Source: Alphaproteobacteria bacterium (lineage in GTDB: Bacteria > Pseudomonadota > Alphaproteobacteria > SMXQ01). Taken from it: a stretch of DNA of 64,000 nucleotides. Below, in pieces: positions 60,788 to 64,000 of this stretch. Position 1 is the stretch's first letter; the number at the start of each line of letters is the position of its first letter. Under the pieces are notes generated by a model. That model searched no databases. It was not told the origin of the DNA and saw only the letters and a program-made list of their open reading frames with translations. The DNA lies in assembly GCA_035493495.1 (NCBI GenBank), contig DATJIG010000257.1:6698-70697 (forward strand). Reading direction: 5' to 3'. The translations under genes and the position numbers were made by a program.

Positions 60788-61691
60788 GCAAGACCAGTCG
60801 CTGTCCGCATCACTGAATTCCCCTCCGTCCAGTTCCACGACAGTTCTCGAAGCGGACCGCCCCTTAGCGGTGGAACCTTCTGATGTTCCACGTGAAACGA
60901 TTTCGCCGCACCCGCCTCGAGTGATTGCCATTGCCAACCAGAAGGGTGGCGTCGGCAAGACGACGACGGCAATCAACCTCGCGACCGCGCTGGCGGCGAC
61001 CGAGCGCAACGTCCTCGTTATCGACCTCGATCCCCAAGGCAACGCCTCGACCGGCCTCGGCATCCGGCGTGAGCAGCGCCGCCTGTCGACCTACGATCTT
61101 CTCCTCCGGGACGCCCCGTTGGAGGGCGCCATCGTCAAAAGCAATGTCCCGGGCCTGTCGGTCGTCCCCGCGTCCGTGGACCTAGCCGGCGCCGAGCTCG
61201 AGTTGATCGACGTCGAGCAGCGAGAGTTTCGCCTGCGCGACCTCCTCGCGCGCAGCACCATCGCCTACGACTACGTGCTGATCGATTGCCCGCCGGCGCT
61301 GGGCCTCCTGACCCTGAACGCTCTGTCTGCCGCCGATTCGATCCTGGTGCCGCTCCAGTGCGAGTTCTTCGCGCTGGAGGGTCTGAGCCATCTTCTCAAG
61401 ACCGTCGAGCGGGTGCGGAAGCATCTGAACCCGAACCTCGAGGTGCAGGGCATCGTGCTGACGATGTTCGACGCCCGCAACAATCTCTCGGAGATGGTGG
61501 CCGCCGACGTGCGCGGCTTCATCGGCGACAAGGTCTACAGCACGGTCATTCCGCGCAACGTGCGCGTCTCCGAGGCGCCCAGCCACGGCAAGCCGGTGCT
61601 GCTCTACGACTGGCGCTGCAGCGGATCGCAGGCATACATCCGACTCGCGCGCGAGATCCTCCATCGCGAAGAAGGGAACAAGGCCGCATGA
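60768..61691 (+). CDS. parA: Chromosome partitioning ATPase ParA (ATG 60768; may start later, for example the GTG near 60912)
   Basis: Deviant Walker A IANQKGGVGKTTTA; about 45-aa low-complexity N-terminal extension that contains a parS site. Confidence 0.9.
   Translation: MTGQSDEQDQSLSASLNSPPSSSTTVLEADRPLAVEPSDVPRETISPHPPRVIAIANQKGGVGKTTTAINLATALAATERNVLVIDLDPQGNASTGLGIRREQRRLSTYDLLLRDAPLEGAIVKSNVPGLSVVPASVDLAGAELELIDVEQREFRLRDLLARSTIAYDYVLIDCPPALGLLTLNALSAADSILVPLQCEFFALEGLSHLLKTVERVRKHLNPNLEVQGIVLTMFDARNNLSEMVAADVRGFIGDKVYSTVIPRNVRVSEAPSHGKPVLLYDWRCSGSQAYIRLAREILHREEGNKAA
60884..60899. promoter_or_regulatory. parS: parS-like site TGTTCCACGTGAAACG (15/16) in the 5' end of the parA ORF
   Basis: Matches the B. 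subtilis-type parS TGTTCCACGTGAAACA except for the last base. Confidence 0.7.
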
Positions 61692-62605
61692 GCGCCGCAG
61701 CGGAAGACGCGAAGGGGCGTCGGCACAATCTCGGCCGCGGCATCGCGGCGCTGTTCGGCGAGGAGGAAACCGACAACGCGACGCTCGACAAAGTGCGTCC
61801 CGGAAAAGCCGTCCCCGTCGAGTTCCTGCGGCCCGGACGTTTCCAGCCGCGCCGCGTCTTCGACGAGACCGAGCTCTCGGCGCTCGCCGATTCAATCCGC
61901 CAGAAGGGTGTGCTGCAGCCAATCCTCGTGCGCCGCGACAGCGAGCGTCCGGACTCGTACGAGATCATCGCTGGCGAGCGACGCTGGCGCGCGGCGCAGC
62001 TCGCCCGTCTCCACGAAGTGCCGGTCATCGTCCGCGAGCTTGACGATCGCGAGGCACTTGAGATCGCGCTGATCGAGAATCTGCAGCGGCAGGATCTCAA
62101 TCCGATCGAAGAGGCCGAGGCGTATCAGCGCCTGATGAACGAGTTTCACCACACCCAGGAAGCCCTCGCCGAATCGCTCGGCAAGAGCCGCAGCTATGTC
62201 GCCAACACGCTACGCCTGCTCGGGCTGCCGGCGGGCGTGCGCGACATGGTGTCGCACGGCAAGCTGACGGCGGGTCACGCGCGCGCGCTGATCGGCGTGC
62301 CGGATCCGATGGCCCTCGCCGACGAGATCGTCACGAACAATCTAAACGTGCGCGCGGCTGAGCGACTCGCTCAATCGGGCAAGGCGACGGGTGGAACTGC
62401 AGTCGGCAAGCGAGCGCCGAAGGAACCCGAGCACAAGGACGTCGACACGATCGCGCTTGAGCGCGATCTCTCCAACATGCTCGGCCTCAAGGTCACGATC
62501 TCGTTCTCGGGCAAGGGTGGCGAGCTCCGCATCCAGTACAACACTCTCGAGCAGCTCGACGAAGTGCTGCGGCGCCTGAAGAAGCCGATCGGTCCGCTGG
62601 ACTGA
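61688..62605 (+). CDS. parB: Chromosome partitioning protein ParB
   Basis: ParB box GERRWRAA, HTH; ATGA overlap with parA. Confidence 0.95.
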   Translation: MSAAAEDAKGRRHNLGRGIAALFGEEETDNATLDKVRPGKAVPVEFLRPGRFQPRRVFDETELSALADSIRQKGVLQPILVRRDSERPDSYEIIAGERRWRAAQLARLHEVPVIVRELDDREALEIALIENLQRQDLNPIEEAEAYQRLMNEFHHTQEALAESLGKSRSYVANTLRLLGLPAGVRDMVSHGKLTAGHARALIGVPDPMALADEIVTNNLNVRAAERLAQSGKATGGTAVGKRAPKEPEHKDVDTIALERDLSNMLGLKVTISFSGKGGELRIQYNTLEQLDEVLRRLKKPIGPLD

Positions 62606-62621
62606 AATAGAGTCGCCCGAT

Positions 62622-63665
62622 TCAGCGTCGGGCGCGTCGCGCCGCCGCCGCGATGTGAAGCAGCGCGCGGGCGGCAATTGCGTTCGCCGGCAGCCCAGTC
62701 GTCTTGCAATCGGCTTCGGCGCGCATCAGGATGTCGAGCGCTCCGGCGACATTCCGCGGCGACCAAGCCTGAACCGCGGATTTCCAACGCGACATCTCCT
62801 TGAAGAACACTGGCGGGCGCAGCGACTTGAGCGCGCTCTCGACGTCCGTTCCCTCAGCCACCTTGCTCGTCGCAATGTGCAGTCGCTGAAACACGCGTTG
62901 TGCACCGCGCAGCACCGCGATCGGCGATGTCCCTTCGTCGTACAGCAGCGTAAGAGCGCGATCGAGGCTCGGCGCATCTCCCGTCGCCGCGGAGAGGCTC
63001 GCATCGTCGAATCCGACATTTCCCCCGGCGCCGACGAGCGCCTGAACGTCGGCGAGGACGATTTCGCCTTCACCTTCCGCATACAGTGTGAGCTTATCGA
63101 CCTCGCTCCGGCTGGCGCCGCGGTCCTCGCCGATCCTGTCGATAAAGTAGGCAAGGGCATCTTCCTCGATGGAGATACCGCGTTCCTTGAGTGTTGCGCG
63201 CACGAGGCTCTCGAGCTCCTCAGGCGAATCGAGGTAGCAGGGAATCGCCGCGGCGATGGCCTGCTCCTCGAATAGCGAGCGCAGCGACGAGCGCGAGGCG
63301 AGATCTCCGCCCTCGACGACGACGAAGCCGATGTCCGACGCCTTCCGCCCGGCGATCTCGGCAAAGAACGATTCGAAAATCTCGGTGTGCGAATCCTGGG
63401 CGTTACGGATGCGGATGGCGCGCCGCCCGCCGGTGAATGACAGCGCGAACACCTCGTCTACAAGTCGAGCCGGATCCTCGCGCAACTGTCCTCCGGACAT
63501 TTCGGTCACCCGGAACGGGTCGTCCGTCGCGCCGGCGATCTGGCGCACCAGCCCCTCGGCACGCTCGCGCATCAGGCCGGCATCGGGCCCGTAGATCAAC
63601 ACCGCGGCAATCTTCGCGGGAGGCGCCGCCAGGAAGCCGCGAATCTCGCGCGGCGCGAGCTTCAA
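62622..63665 (-). CDS. holA: DNA polymerase III delta subunit (TTG start)
   Basis: AAA+-like delta N-domain (AVLIYGPDAGLMRE) and delta C-terminal domain; conserved lptE-holA pairing. Confidence 0.8.
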   Translation of the reverse strand: MKLAPREIRGFLAAPPAKIAAVLIYGPDAGLMRERAEGLVRQIAGATDDPFRVTEMSGGQLREDPARLVDEVFALSFTGGRRAIRIRNAQDSHTEIFESFFAEIAGRKASDIGFVVVEGGDLASRSSLRSLFEEQAIAAAIPCYLDSPEELESLVRATLKERGISIEEDALAYFIDRIGEDRGASRSEVDKLTLYAEGEGEIVLADVQALVGAGGNVGFDDASLSAATGDAPSLDRALTLLYDEGTSPIAVLRGAQRVFQRLHIATSKVAEGTDVESALKSLRPPVFFKEMSRWKSAVQAWSPRNVAGALDILMRAEADCKTTGLPANAIAARALLHIAAAARRARR

Positions 63666-64000
63666 GGGTTGCTCGTGCGAGCCGCAGTGGCGGGCCCGCG
63701 CGTCTTGCGGTCGCTGAAGTAGACCGCGAGCCGCGTCCGCATCTCGTCCGACACTTCGCGCAGCGTACGGTTGACCGCATCTTCGCGCGAAACCAGCGTC
63801 GCATAGTCCGACTGGAGCACGTCGTACGAGGTCGTCGCGCGCGCGCGGCTGTTGAGAACGGGCTTGTTCGTCGCCGCAGCCACCAGAGTGAAGGCCGCCA
63901 CCGCGGTGATGCTGGTGCGGCTCGTCGTGTTGTCGCGGGACAGCGCGATGCCGGTGGACTGGATTTGCAGATTCACTGTCAGCGTGTGCGTCGGATTGCC
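63662..64000 (-). CDS. lptE: LPS-assembly lipoprotein LptE, C-terminal part (5' end lies beyond the window end)
   Basis: Partial LptE-like sequence ending ...YFSDRKTRGPATAARTSNP; TGA overlaps the holA start; positional homolog of lptE in leuS-lptE-holA. Confidence 0.55.
   Translation of the reverse strand, partial: GNPTHTLTVNLQIQSTGIALSRDNTTSRTSITAVAAFTLVAAATNKPVLNSRARATTSYDVLQSDYATLVSREDAVNRTLREVSDEMRTRLAVYFSDRKTRGPATAARTSNP

Noticed and set aside
60768-60900. Treating the 45-aa ParA N-terminal extension as certainly coding
   Set aside because: The low-complexity Ser/Pro-rich segment contains a parS site and the conserved ParA N-terminus begins near residue 48. A downstream GTG start is plausible, so the extension is flagged rather than asserted.
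62606-62640. Hairpin GCCCGA-TTCAGCG-TCGGGC after parB as a bidirectional terminator
   Set aside because: It overlaps the 3' end of holA, has a short stem and no flanking U-tract; too weak to call.
1-64000. CRISPR arrays, tRNA/rRNA genes, transposases, integrases, prophage or restriction-modification/defence islands
   Set aside because: No spaced direct-repeat arrays, no tRNA-like GTTCGAATC T-loop contexts, no transposase/integrase-like translations. Apart from the origin, GC content and gene density are uniform, consistent with core chromosome rather than an accessory island.

Overview
High-GC (about 65-67%) alphaproteobacterial chromosomal segment. Gene content, the roughly 500-aa coiled-coil porins and gene order suggest Hyphomicrobiales, Bradyrhizobiaceae-like. 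It is gene-dense and almost entirely housekeeping. The best-supported feature is the chromosomal replication origin region. maf-aroE-coaE-dnaQ-secB on the minus strand and hemE-hemH-hemJ on the plus strand flank an AT-rich gap at 44423-44812 carrying DnaA-box-like 9-mers and a GANTC cluster, which is the Caulobacter Cori synteny. About 14-16 kb away lie rho-mnmE-mnmG-rsmG-parA-parB with three parS palindromes, one of them a perfect TGTTTCACGTGAAACA. Other content: an hrcA-grpE-(egtB-like)-dnaK-dnaJ heat-shock block with a sigma32-like promoter; rph-rdgB-hemW; lpoA-like/rsmI/yraN/dolP synteny; gshB; two orphan TctC/Bug-type binding proteins; an orphan multi-TM histidine kinase plus comM; two tandem-duplicated porins; the his operon hisB-DUF2628-hisH-hisA-hisF-hisE-HIT; mltA/Smr/XRE; redox enzymes (ADH, OYE, Qor, DLH, Ogt, thioredoxin-domain YyaL); holA and part of lptE. 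I found no rRNA, tRNA, CRISPR array, transposase or prophage signal. The most unusual items are (i) a ROK/glucokinase-like protein whose conserved motifs appear in circularly permuted order behind a 370-bp ORF-free leader, (ii) a translationally coupled bactofilin-lipoprotein-Rieske oxygenase operon behind a 16-bp GTTAAC-centred palindrome, (iii) helically phased TGTACGC repeats abutting a parS site, and (iv) an EgtB-like sulfoxide-synthase gene inserted into the heat-shock cluster. All calls rest on reading the six-frame translations and motifs by eye; no database search was possible.
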